Program-made: the position numbers and the translations under genes
IMG/VR virus record: IMGVR_UViG_3300046007_010469
Coordinates: 1 to 62,642 of that record
DNA from: a virus
Lineage: Duplodnaviria; Caudoviricetes
DNA length: 62,642 nt
Direction: 5' to 3' (one strand)
The notes under the pieces: model-generated
Database searches by the model: none
What the model was told of the DNA's origin: nothing
What the model saw: the letters and a program-made list of their open reading frames with translations, nothing else
Part shown: positions 37,597 to 47,022 of the stretch, piece after piece
How the letters are laid out: every line of letters starts with the position of its first letter
Position numbering within the stretch: position 1 is the first letter of the stretch

Positions 37597-37982
37597 GTTA
37601 CTCTCCGCACAGTGATACCCGCAGTTTCTGCAATTTCACACATCATTTCAGTTCCACGACCTCCTGGAAACGCAATAACAATATCAGGTTTACCCTCTTC
37701 TAGCATTTGAGTATTACGTCGATATCCTGCAGACTTGCCGTATTGCTTCCAGTTAGCTGGAAAACTAAGGGTCATGACTTTATTTCGAATGGCCCAATCT
37801 TTAGCTAGGGTATCTGCTCCGCGCGCCTCTCCCTGAATAATAACTAAATCGGTAAACTCAGTTTTAAGACTATCTAAGATAGTGTTTAAATAACTAACTT
37901 CATCAGTATTAATAACTGTATATCCTTCTTCAGTTACCCGAGTGCCATACTCGCGACCGCCACATACCAACACTCTAGTCAT
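37593..37982 (-). CDS. SLOG/YspA (DUF2493) family protein
   Basis: LVCGGR, G.ARGAD, W..YGKSAG.RRN, AFPGGRGT. Confidence 0.85.
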   Translation of the reverse strand: MTRVLVCGGREYGTRVTEEGYTVINTDEVSYLNTILDSLKTEFTDLVIIQGEARGADTLAKDWAIRNKVMTLSFPANWKQYGKSAGYRRNTQMLEEGKPDIVIAFPGGRGTEMMCEIAETAGITVRRVT

Positions 37983-38349
37983 TTTTTAACTTCACCATAG
38001 TAGTTTCAACTTCAATACCTTTAGAGGCTAGCTCACGGTCACGAAGTTCTCGCATCTCTTCGTGAGTGTAGATTGCATTATGCAGCTCTAGATACCCACA
38101 TTCCATTCCCTGAACATACATGCCTGGACCAAATCCAAACACATTATACAGGACATAGCGATAAGATCCACGCTCTTTGATCTCGCCTTGATAGATACGT
38201 TTTACAACTGCGTAAAACGCATCTTCACGCTCAGTCTCGGTAAGAGAGTTCCACCAAGCGTCGTTCTTGACCTCATACTCCTTAACAGCTTCTTCCCATT
38301 CTCTTGAGGCATTTGAGAGCGCTTCAAGCAAGTTAGATTTGTTGCTCAT
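37975..38349 (-). CDS. Conserved phage hypothetical protein
   Basis: GSYRYVLY..FGF...GM.CGY.ELHN. Confidence 0.65.
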   Translation of the reverse strand: MSNKSNLLEALSNASREWEEAVKEYEVKNDAWWNSLTETEREDAFYAVVKRIYQGEIKERGSYRYVLYNVFGFGPGMYVQGMECGYLELHNAIYTHEEMRELRDRELASKGIEVETTMVKLKND

Positions 38350-38560
38350 TTTTAATACTCAAAATAAGGTTGTTTGCATAGGACAGTACGAATTATAGCA
38401 TTTATAGTTCATAGCTCCCTTCCATTCCATACCACATTTCCCACATTTTATAGTTTGCGAATCTAGCTTTATGGGATGGATGGGAGGAACAGCTCTAATT
38501 TGCATTTCAATATCGTCTAGCCGTTTCAGCACTTGTCTAAGTAAATCACTAAGACTAGGC

Positions 38561-38800
38561 TCATGTTCCATGCGAGCCTCCCCAAGTAGGTTTAACAACT
38601 TGTGACACACTTTTGGTTGCTATCTCAATTTTAGGATGAGCTGAGATAACTTCTTCAATCTTCGGTTCATAGGTCACTCGAATCTTACGACCCAATTCAT
38701 ACAAAGTATCTTTATCCGGGTTGTATCCGTGCTGCTCCAGTTCGTCAAGAGACTTGAGCAGATAAGCACGGTCTAGCAGTAGTACATATTTATAATTCAT
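38561..38800 (-). CDS. Hypothetical protein
   Basis: GAGGA RBS. Confidence 0.5.
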   Translation of the reverse strand: MNYKYVLLLDRAYLLKSLDELEQHGYNPDKDTLYELGRKIRVTYEPKIEEVISAHPKIEIATKSVSQVVKPTWGGSHGT

Positions 38801-38809
38801 TTTATCCTC

Positions 38810-39433
38810 TTAGAAAAAAGCGTGTAGCAATTCACGTTCGCGTTCGACGTCCTCACGACTACGTGGGACAACACCAAATTCTAGCTGCATCATGTTTGCT
38901 GTATCAATGCGTAGATGTTTGCATCCATCTTTAAAATGCTTCCAAGTCAAACCATCATTATAGTCTGGAATGATAGCATGAGCCTTCGCATCTATATCTT
39001 CAATCCACGGTACAGAATAATTATTAATAGCGGCAATAGAACTATCATCATCTACAATGAGATAGTTATCGCCGTCTCGACCGTAGTCCTCAACCCACAA
39101 ACCAACGTTATGCAGTTTGTTAGAAGTAAGACGGAACGGAGTTACTGGATGACTATGATACTGAAAGTTTAAATCGTTACTCGCCATGATATGCTTGACA
39201 AACTCAACTGCGCGTTCACTGCGAAAAGCCCAAGTAGTGCTGAACACAATCTGCGCAGATGAGTAGGTAGACCAGAGCTGAAACATGCGCACAGCAACCG
39301 GGTCAAAATAAGGTACAAGCCCATCAGGCGAACCAGCCATAAAATCTGCAACAGCTTTGCGGTTACGGTCAAAGAGGTGCATCTTGCCTGGCAGGAGCAC
39401 TCCGTCGATATCCACAAAGATAATATTACGCAT
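38810..39433 (-). CDS. HAD-like (Swiss Army Knife RNA-repair type) protein
   Basis: FVDIDGVL, IVFSTTW, YLIVDD, DGLT. Confidence 0.75.
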   Translation of the reverse strand: MRNIIFVDIDGVLLPGKMHLFDRNRKAVADFMAGSPDGLVPYFDPVAVRMFQLWSTYSSAQIVFSTTWAFRSERAVEFVKHIMASNDLNFQYHSHPVTPFRLTSNKLHNVGLWVEDYGRDGDNYLIVDDDSSIAAINNYSVPWIEDIDAKAHAIIPDYNDGLTWKHFKDGCKHLRIDTANMMQLEFGVVPRSREDVERERELLHAFF

Positions 39434-39830
39434 TTTTCTGTTCCTCAACAGCCGCTACATACAAATCAGTTTGACGAGCTTTTTGATAAGCAATCACTAG
39501 TGCAGACATCAACCCGTCAGCTAAAAAAGTATAGGTTTGTGAGTGCTCAAAAGTAGTTGGGTGGTGTAGATAAGCTAGAAATTTTTTCAACGCACTCAGC
39601 TTTCAGATTCAGCTACAATTTTTCTCAGTTGTTCGGCTGCATTAACAATGAGGTCGAGTTCCTCAAAACTCAAACGCACTTGCTGCATACCGCGGTTTTC
39701 AGTTTCTTGAGTCAGAGTGAGAAAGTATCCTTCATTGTCATCTTCCAACCTAACACGAGTTAGATTGTCTCCAAACATTAGGTTAGCACCTTCCAGGTGC
39801 ACGGCAAGTTCTGTAATGCTAATTTTCATT

Positions 39831-40097
39831 TTAATCTCCTTCATAGCTAATAGTTTTGTCGGTCTTTTCATAGACTTGTTCCCAAGCGCAACCGTATGCT
39901 GGGCAGATGCGAACAAACTGAGGTAACTCATTAGCATCTGTCTCGCCGTGTCCACCAGTAAGAAAGTAGACTCCAGTCATCTCTGGGTGTGCGTGACGAA
40001 AACGAGCACGCTCACGCTCATAGAGATCGAGCGCTCTACGAAGATGTACAATTTGCTCAATTAACTGTTCGCGGGTCATGCCCTCTAAATCAGTCAT
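39831..40097 (-). CDS. Conserved hypothetical protein
   Basis: AGGAG RBS; LP.FVRICPAYG. Confidence 0.55.
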   Translation of the reverse strand: MTDLEGMTREQLIEQIVHLRRALDLYERERARFRHAHPEMTGVYFLTGGHGETDANELPQFVRICPAYGCAWEQVYEKTDKTISYEGD

Positions 40098-40185
40098 GCA
40101 AGTCTCCTGTTTCATACTATAATATAGCAAAAGAAAAAGCGGCTGTCAAGCCGCTTTTTTGAATTTTTTACCTGCTTTAGAAGTA

Positions 40186-40599
40186 TTAGCTTTGATTTTG
40201 AGAGACGCGTGCTCGCAAATCGCTAGAACTAAACCTATGGTCTCTAGTATTGAAGTAGATACTAATACCGCGACGTTTACAAATCTCTCGACCAGTAAAA
40301 TCTTTATCCTTATACTCAATACCCATAACGCGCACATTAATCGGATACAGACCGAGTATATCTTCTAGGTCTTGTTCTGTCTGATAACAGACAATCTCAT
40401 CTACATACTTCACAGCCGATAGCTGGGCGTATCGCTCTACGAGCGTTTGCACAGGCCGATTCTTTTGTGGTCTATCTACCGAGGGGTCTACTTGTAGTCC
40501 ACAGATTAAATAGTCACACTGACTTTTGGCTTCCCGCAGCATCATAATATGACCCGCATGTAGCAAATCAAAAGTTGATGCGGTAAATCCAACTATCAT
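40186..40599 (-). CDS. tagD: Glycerol-3-phosphate cytidylyltransferase-like protein
   Basis: FDLLHAGH, R.HRFSSS. Confidence 0.85.
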   Translation of the reverse strand: MIVGFTASTFDLLHAGHIMMLREAKSQCDYLICGLQVDPSVDRPQKNRPVQTLVERYAQLSAVKYVDEIVCYQTEQDLEDILGLYPINVRVMGIEYKDKDFTGREICKRRGISIYFNTRDHRFSSSDLRARVSQNQS

Positions 40600-41111
40600 G
40601 CCCCAGTACTCCCAAATCCGCCTTTACGAGACGATTTTGGCTCTGGACGGTCTGTCATTTCTTCAATCTCGTAGGTTTCTGAACGAACCAACTCCCCTTG
40701 TGCGACTCTGTCGCCATCCTTAATCTCTACAATAGAGTCACTTAAGTTAAGTAGAGTGATGTAGGTAGGCTCAACATAATCGCTATCAATTACTCCTTCA
40801 CAGTTGATGAGAGTAATACCACTCTTTAGTGCCAGACCGCTGCGTGGATGAATACGCACTGAGAAACGCTCAGGAATATCCATAATAAGATTAGTCGGAA
40901 TAAGATATCGGTGTCCAGGACGTAGTGCAATACTACGAGAGTTGCCAACAGCTTCTAGGCCTACCACATTGAGCCAAGTATAGGATTTAATCTCAGCACC
41001 GGGAATCAATGAGGCACAGAGGTCAAAACAGGCGGAACCTTCTGTAGCAAAAGAGGGAAGCCGAGCTTCTGGATGAAGCCGAAAGAATTTGAGTGTGCGA
41101 CTTAAAAACAT
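40596..41111 (-). CDS. dut: dUTPase (trimeric)
   Basis: ACFDL, PRSGL, GVIDSDY, GDRVAQ, RKGGFGSTG. Confidence 0.92.
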   Translation of the reverse strand: MFLSRTLKFFRLHPEARLPSFATEGSACFDLCASLIPGAEIKSYTWLNVVGLEAVGNSRSIALRPGHRYLIPTNLIMDIPERFSVRIHPRSGLALKSGITLINCEGVIDSDYVEPTYITLLNLSDSIVEIKDGDRVAQGELVRSETYEIEEMTDRPEPKSSRKGGFGSTGA

Positions 41112-41280
41112 TATACACTAAATCCAATTGCTTCACAAAATCGCTCAAAATGAGCATAGAGCGTGTCAAGCTCGGTCTCATCGGTAATCTCAAACTCATA
41201 GCTCACGTTTTTAGGTTGAGACTCTATAAGACGAGTGTTCATTTCATCATAGGTGCTATAACGCAGTTCAATAGTACGGC

Positions 41281-41556
41281 TCATTGCATTCCTCCAGTGC
41301 TAAGATTATTTTTTGGGATTGCTTTCCAAATTGTAGAAGCCTCTACATACAGATAGGGACGATTAGTCTCTTCTTTATTCGGGTTATCAATCTTTACGAC
41401 TACCCGCTTACCTTTTCGAAAGGCTCGGAGCTGGTTCATTACTCGTGCCCCACTTTGCATATACTCTCTACGCAGGGCACGAGTGATACTACGACTGACA
41501 TTGCTGTGCAGCCCTTTAGAAGTGTAAGTTTTGCCAGAGGCTTTACCTTTTGCCAT
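41281..41556 (-). CDS. Basic conserved phage protein
   Basis: YTSKG...NPNKEETN.P pattern; AGGA RBS. Confidence 0.6.
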   Translation of the reverse strand: MAKGKASGKTYTSKGLHSNVSRSITRALRREYMQSGARVMNQLRAFRKGKRVVVKIDNPNKEETNRPYLYVEASTIWKAIPKNNLSTGGMQ

Positions 41557-41570
41557 TGTCTTTTCCTAGA

Positions 41571-42995
41571 TTAAGGGTTGTAACGAGGATTTAGTAGAGT
41601 TTTCAACATAACATTGTAGGGAGTGTAGTCTTCGAGGTCGTTTGCAAGAACACTCTGCATAACGCTAGGAGAAAATCCAGACACATGCGCGGTTCCACGG
41701 GAATCGAACTGTACCGGAGAACCGTTCTTATCATAACGAGCATTTAGGTTCCAGAAGACAATGCGAGGAACAGTATAGCCAACTGCTTCGTATTTACGCT
41801 TAATCATCTCCATAGCTGTATCGTCGTAGCGAGTGCACTGGTCGAACTGCATGTCAGAGAGGATAAGCAGTGTTGCAGGCATGTCTGCTTGAGGTACTCG
41901 ATACTTCAGAGCTACATCCAGAATGCGGTCAAATGCAGCGTGCAGATTAGTATTCATAGCCCACTTAGCACCGCTAAGCTGACGCATACGGCTGGACAGA
42001 TTGCCTTGCAAGTGCACAAACTCAGGAGCCCCACTAAAAGTCAAGATTAGGTCTTTAAACTTAGAACGGTTTTTTTCGCTGAGATAAACACCAAGAGCTA
42101 TTGCAACGTCAATCGGCTGCACAACGCCTGGAGCAGAGTAGCCCGCGTTACCCATCGAACCGCTTACATCTACCATCGGCAGAATGCTAGCGTCGCCTAC
42201 ATAGTTAGGCAGGGCTTGCCACTGAGCGTCTGCAACCGCAGCATTGCCACGGGCAACAGACTTAACAACATCGTGCGGGTAAACAGCACCAGCGTTAATC
42301 TTAACAGTAGGGTCACGCTGTTGAACAGGCTTTTGCAGCTCTCGAATATAGGTGCTGTACGCCTCTGGAGCGTTACACCCAAAAGCCTTTTGGTACCGAG
42401 CACTTGCAAGCGACGGAACATGTGAGAAGTTAATGGAATTCCACTCCTTAGCACACATCTGCGACTCGACTACCTTAGTAAGGCGAACGAGTAGCTTACG
42501 GTACTGCTTCGGAGACAGTTCAAGAAACCGAGTCAGCTCAGCGGCGACTGGACCTTTACGCGGCATCCATTTTGCACAAAGGGCGTTACCATCAGACAGT
42601 GCTTGCTTGATGAGAGCAAATGCAGCCTGACGATTAGTTGCATCACGATAAGTGAACAAATCGTCCCAACGACCGAGTTCCGGTATCTTGTGCATAAACT
42701 CTCCGGCCAGAGCTGGGTCGGTAGACTCTAGAGAGGAGAGTAGATTGCGAAAGGTCTGTCGCTCGCCAGCCCCGCCACGGATATCACGTGCCCATAGCAG
42801 AGTACGCACAGTGAGGTCTTCGCTCTCACCGAGCGCAGCATGAAGCTGAGAAGTTAAATCAACACCGCGGGCGCTGCCCACAGTAGAGAATAGGTCAAGG
42901 ATACGCGAACCGGTGTTAGCGTGAGCACGCATCCCGTTCTCAGTACGAGTTTCGGCAGTTTTAAGATGATTACGTACAGCAGCAGTAAAGTTCAT
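41571..42995 (-). CDS. DUF2828-family protein (TROVE-like helical domain plus vWA)
   Basis: TENG, RDIRGG.GER, GRWDDL, KWMPR, DVSGSM (MIDAS), SDMQFD, VFWNL, SGFS. Confidence 0.85.
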   Translation of the reverse strand: MNFTAAVRNHLKTAETRTENGMRAHANTGSRILDLFSTVGSARGVDLTSQLHAALGESEDLTVRTLLWARDIRGGAGERQTFRNLLSSLESTDPALAGEFMHKIPELGRWDDLFTYRDATNRQAAFALIKQALSDGNALCAKWMPRKGPVAAELTRFLELSPKQYRKLLVRLTKVVESQMCAKEWNSINFSHVPSLASARYQKAFGCNAPEAYSTYIRELQKPVQQRDPTVKINAGAVYPHDVVKSVARGNAAVADAQWQALPNYVGDASILPMVDVSGSMGNAGYSAPGVVQPIDVAIALGVYLSEKNRSKFKDLILTFSGAPEFVHLQGNLSSRMRQLSGAKWAMNTNLHAAFDRILDVALKYRVPQADMPATLLILSDMQFDQCTRYDDTAMEMIKRKYEAVGYTVPRIVFWNLNARYDKNGSPVQFDSRGTAHVSGFSPSVMQSVLANDLEDYTPYNVMLKTLLNPRYNP

Positions 42996-43011
42996 GATAT
43001 TTTCCTTCAAT

Positions 43012-43080
43012 CTGGATTGTGTGTTTCGGTCTGATTATAAGTCAGATGCTCTTCGAGCGATTAGTTGCTGAAACAATCCT
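43012..43080 (-). ncRNA. CAGCAA hairpin RNA, copy A, with an Ile(UAU) anticodon-like stem-loop
   Basis: GGAUUGU/ACAAUCC closing stem; UCUGA-CUUAUAA-UCAGA; directly upstream of the DUF2828 RBS. Confidence 0.65.
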
Positions 43081-43247
43081 ATATTCTTATTTATTTAGCC
43101 AATTTAGTGTTCTTTGAGCCCAGCTTCGAGTCTTATATCCTTGACGCCATGCTCTAGTACAATCTGGCCACATGACGTACCAAAGACCGTTAATCTCTTC
43201 GATGTAGCATTGTGAGTACATCATACCATAATCCTCTGTTATTTTAG

Positions 43248-43311
43248 CTGGATGACATATTTACCTTCTCAGATATGGTGAGAATTTTCAATGGTTTGCG
43301 GAAGTCATCCA
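43248..43311 (-). ncRNA. CCGCAA hairpin RNA, copy B
   Basis: GGAUGAC/GUCAUCC stem (covarying); UUCUCA-7nt-UGAGAA; just downstream of promoter TTGCAT-N17-TATAAA. Confidence 0.6.
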
Positions 43312-43360
43312 ATTGATAATTATTTATACGATATTTTTAACTAACATGCAAAGATATTTT

Positions 43361-43435
43361 TGGAGCGGGTAGGGGGATTCGAACCCCCGACATCAACCTT
43401 GGCAAGGTTGCGCTCTACCACTGAGCTATACCCGC
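43361..43435 (-). tRNA. tRNA-Gly(GCC)
   Basis: Cloverleaf; CCA. Confidence 0.95.
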
Positions 43436-43438
43436 AAC

Positions 43439-43514
43439 TGGTACAGAATGGTGGAATCGAACCACCCCCGCTAGATCCACAATCTAGAGTGCTAACCTCT
43501 ATCACTAATTCTGC
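43439..43514 (-). tRNA. tRNA-His(GUG), A73, no G-1
   Basis: Cloverleaf; ACCA end. Confidence 0.9.
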
Positions 43515-43894
43515 GTAGTTGTTCTACTATCCAAGTGTATACAGAGATGCTAGGAAATAGCACACCCCAAAAAAGTAGATACCCAAGAAAACCAATCTCA
43601 CCCTCAGAACTGTTTTTTGATTTAGATGAGTGTGCACGAGTCCAGTATACGCCACTACTATGACTTTTCGGTTTTAGTCCACCTTGTCGCATTAGCTCTC
43701 CTATTAGTTGTTATGTTTTAATATAACAAAAAAGAGAGTAAGATGCAAGCTAATTTTTTCTGTGAATTGTAAATTTTTAGTGACAGGACAGATAGATAAT
43801 GTATTTTTTCAGAAAATAGTACGGCAAGCAACCTAAACTAAAAAAATTTTGCTACTTGCCTTTTGTTATATTTTACGCTATAATAGTTTTGAAG

Positions 43895-44383
43895 ATGAGA
43901 GTATTAGCTTTGGTATTTTTACTTGCCGGCTGCTCAATATCTACTCCTAAACCTACTACAGTCTTATCGCTATCTGGCGCAAATGCTTTAGTAGGATTAC
44001 ATGAAAAGAGTGATAGGGAATTCCTAAAATCCCTTATGGGGATTGACCCGGTAAGATATGAGTGGTGCGCGGCATTTGTAAACGCAATTTTAAGTAGAAA
44101 TGGAATACCGGGCTCTGAATCAGTGTCTGATAACCCTCTTTTGGCTCGAAGCTTTTTAGCCTGGGGAACTCCGGTAACGTCTCCTAAACGTGGAGATATA
44201 GTAATATTTCCAAGAGGCGACGAGAGTTGGCAAGGTCACGTAGGATTTTATAAAGGTAAAGTCTATCGAGACGGAGTTCTTTACTATATTATTCTTGGTG
44301 GAAATCAAAGTAATATAATATCCTATGAATTTTATCCCGCTAAATCTGCTCTAGGCATTAGACGCTGGATTGTGAAGGAATAG
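43895..44383 (+). CDS. TIGR02594-like NlpC/P60/CHAP cell-wall peptidase, lipoprotein
   Basis: LAGC lipobox, WCAAFV, GHVGF, LGGNQ. Confidence 0.85.
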   Translation: MRVLALVFLLAGCSISTPKPTTVLSLSGANALVGLHEKSDREFLKSLMGIDPVRYEWCAAFVNAILSRNGIPGSESVSDNPLLARSFLAWGTPVTSPKRGDIVIFPRGDESWQGHVGFYKGKVYRDGVLYYIILGGNQSNIISYEFYPAKSALGIRRWIVKE

Positions 44384-44384
44384 T

Positions 44385-44663
44385 ATGGATTTTTTAGCAT
44401 TAGTAGCTGACGTAGGTTTTCCAATAGCTTCTGCACTTGCAGGAGGTTTTTTCGTATTTTTAACTCTAAAGTTTATTCTTGCGGGAGTGCTAGAGTCTAT
44501 CAAAACTCAAAGAGGCTTTGTACTCGCACTCAACAATAGAGTTAAGACTATGAATAACGAGCTTGTACGAATTGATGTGCTAATTTGTAATAGTTTTAAT
44601 ATCAGACCTGATTTAGACCGGATAGCGCGTGCTGACGGACAACAGGATGCTAGAAAGGATTAA
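44385..44663 (+). CDS. Small membrane protein
   Basis: GFPIA TM; L.NRVKTMNN.L. Confidence 0.65.
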   Translation: MDFLALVADVGFPIASALAGGFFVFLTLKFILAGVLESIKTQRGFVLALNNRVKTMNNELVRIDVLICNSFNIRPDLDRIARADGQQDARKD

Positions 44664-44666
44664 AAA

Positions 44667-44918
44667 ATGACGGAACAAGATAAAGATTTTAAAGATGTAC
44701 ACGTAGACCTAGTAACTAAAGGGGATAAAGTCGCTACACACTTTACATACTGGTTTGCTTGGTTTTGGGGTGTTGTAAGCGCAGTTTACTTTTTTGCAGT
44801 TACGTTTCTACCTATTCCCGCTGCCGGAGAAAACTTTGCTAATATCATCTTAGGATTTCTACTAGGCACTGCGGTCTCCACAATTATCAACTTCTTCTTT
44901 GGGAGTAGTGAGCAATAA
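44667..44918 (+). CDS. Holin-like two-TM protein
   Basis: ILGFLLGT...FFFGSS. Confidence 0.55.
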   Translation: MTEQDKDFKDVHVDLVTKGDKVATHFTYWFAWFWGVVSAVYFFAVTFLPIPAAGENFANIILGFLLGTAVSTIINFFFGSSEQ

Positions 44919-45220
44919 TGGAACTAGACATTGCAGCGGCGATTAGCCAATATGGATTTCCAATCATTGCTGCTTTTGGGTTGGGGTATTTTATCTTCTA
45001 TATCTGGACCTGGGTAACACAAGAAGTAGACCCTGTCGTAAACGAGTCTCACATGACTCTTATTGGACTTATTGATCGTATTCGTATGTTAGATAACGAT
45101 TTAATACGCTTAAATACTAAATTAAATATGATTTTACAAGAGCAAGAGCGACGACAAAAGGAGAGAGAGTATGAAACTCCTAATACTACTCCCGTTGATA
45201 CTAATAGCTCCAACAACTAA
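44918..45220 (+). CDS. Small membrane protein, paralog of 44385
   Basis: YGFPIIAA TM; LIDRIRMLDNDLIRL. Confidence 0.65.
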   Translation: MELDIAAAISQYGFPIIAAFGLGYFIFYIWTWVTQEVDPVVNESHMTLIGLIDRIRMLDNDLIRLNTKLNMILQEQERRQKEREYETPNTTPVDTNSSNN

Positions 45221-45629
45221 TGCGGGTGAACTCGCTTTTCAATTTAGTTCGCCTGCGTTTAGCGGTAATGGATACAGCTCACACGTATTAACAATAGAGC
45301 AACTAGAACAACAACGCAAAGAAAAAATTATCTCAGACGCTACTGCGGCACTAGAAAAAGAAGAACGAGAACTAAAAAACTCTAATGTGTATAAGTTTCG
45401 TAATAATTTAGAATCTCGAATCTATGCCCAGCTGAGCCGTCAAATAGCTGATAATCTTTTTGGGGAAGGTGCAACGGTAGTAGACGGAGAATGGTACACT
45501 ACCGAAACTCCTTTTGGAGATGTAATAAATTGGAAGCGAGAAGATAATAGAATCTACGTAACTATTGAAGATTCTAATGGAGAGCTAGTAGCAGAGTTTG
45601 ATGCTCCAATTGGGGAGTTTGCATTCTGA
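45171..45629 (+). CDS. csgF: Curli assembly CsgF-like protein
   Basis: Signal peptide; L.FQFSSPAFSGNG; adjacent to csgG. Confidence 0.75.
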   Translation: MKLLILLPLILIAPTTNAGELAFQFSSPAFSGNGYSSHVLTIEQLEQQRKEKIISDATAALEKEERELKNSNVYKFRNNLESRIYAQLSRQIADNLFGEGATVVDGEWYTTETPFGDVINWKREDNRIYVTIEDSNGELVAEFDAPIGEFAF

Positions 45630-46405
45630 TGAAAAAAATAGTAATTAGCCTATTACTGGCTTTTAACCTAGCAAGTTGTTCTACTATTATTAATAGGCTA
45701 GAACCCACAGAACCTGAAATAGTAAAACCGGCAGCTACAGAATTTGACAGTTTGCCGGCCCCTAAAAATGGTCAGATGGTAGCTGCTGTTTATGGCTTTG
45801 AAGATAAAACTGGACAGCGTAAGCCGAGTGACAGACTCGCTAATATTTCTACGGCAGTAACACAAGGTGCTGAAGTCTGGGTAATTAAAGCCCTACAAGA
45901 AGTTGGCGGAGGAAAGTGGTTTAAGGTTGTTGAGCGTGTAGGGTTAGAAAATCTTTCACGAGAGCGACAAATTATTCGTCAAACTAGGGATAGCGTTGAA
46001 GACCCTACTCCCGTAGCTCCTATGATGTTTGCAGGAGTACTTGTAGAAGGGGCTGTTATTGGTTATGACTCAAACACTCTAACAGGAGGTGCAGGAGCAC
46101 GCTATTTAGGCGTTGGGCCTAGCACTCAATATAGAGAAGACGTTGTTACTGTTACTATGAGAGCAGTATCTGTGCAGACAGGTGAAGTTCTAGTGAGTGT
46201 AGCAGTATCTAAAACAATTGTAAGTACTAGCACGAATATGGGAGTATTTAAGTTCATAGAGGCAGGAACTGAGAATGTCGAACTTGAAATCGGCAACTCT
46301 CAAAACGAGCCGGTAAACTATGCCGTGCGAGTAGCAATCGAACAGGCTGTTGTTGAAATGATAAAAGAAGGTGCAGTTAAAGGATATTGGTCTTTTAAAA
46401 GGTAG
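45629..46405 (+). CDS. csgG: Curli secretion channel CsgG-like lipoprotein
   Basis: LASC lipobox, AVYGFEDKTGQRK, STAVTQG, VVERVGLENL.RERQIIR. Confidence 0.9.
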   Translation: MKKIVISLLLAFNLASCSTIINRLEPTEPEIVKPAATEFDSLPAPKNGQMVAAVYGFEDKTGQRKPSDRLANISTAVTQGAEVWVIKALQEVGGGKWFKVVERVGLENLSRERQIIRQTRDSVEDPTPVAPMMFAGVLVEGAVIGYDSNTLTGGAGARYLGVGPSTQYREDVVTVTMRAVSVQTGEVLVSVAVSKTIVSTSTNMGVFKFIEAGTENVELEIGNSQNEPVNYAVRVAIEQAVVEMIKEGAVKGYWSFKR

Positions 46406-46412
46406 AGCATAA

Positions 46413-47021
46413 ATGAAAAAGTTAATATTACTTCTTAGTTTACTAAGTAGTCCAGTATTTGCGGCTGAAGTATATATAGATCAGGCAGGTGGGGCTGCAA
46501 CTGTAGACATACTGCAAGAAAACGGTATGAATAGAGTTAATGCCGAATCTGACCCTGCACTTCTAAGCGGTGATGATATTATTTTAAATATTCTTCAGAG
46601 CGGAGATTTAAATACTGCCGATCTGTATTTTGACCAGAACGCTAATAGTACAGATTTTTCGTACTACGCCACAGGCAGTTTTAATGAGATACTAGCAAGT
46701 ATTTTTGGAGGAGTTAACAACTATTTTCTAACTACAATTACGGGAGATACTAATATAGTGACTGCCTGTAAGAACCTCTATGCAACTACTTGTAACGGAG
46801 TAATTGTAAATAACACCCAAAACACCCTAACACTAGTAGGTAATAACAACGAAATTAACTACGCTCTAGACAGCGGAGATGCAATTAACAATATAAACAT
46901 TGGATCTACGGTGCCCAGCGATTTTAACGTTATTAACTTAACTCAAACAGGTGCAGGTGAGCATATGGCTACTATTACAATAGATGGGAATAACAATTTA
47001 GTTGACCTAGTTCAGAATTGA
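46413..47021 (+). CDS. Curlin-like repeat secreted protein
   Basis: Signal peptide; I.Q.G..N repeats. Confidence 0.7.
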   Translation: MKKLILLLSLLSSPVFAAEVYIDQAGGAATVDILQENGMNRVNAESDPALLSGDDIILNILQSGDLNTADLYFDQNANSTDFSYYATGSFNEILASIFGGVNNYFLTTITGDTNIVTACKNLYATTCNGVIVNNTQNTLTLVGNNNEINYALDSGDAINNINIGSTVPSDFNVINLTQTGAGEHMATITIDGNNNLVDLVQN

Positions 47022-47022
47022 A

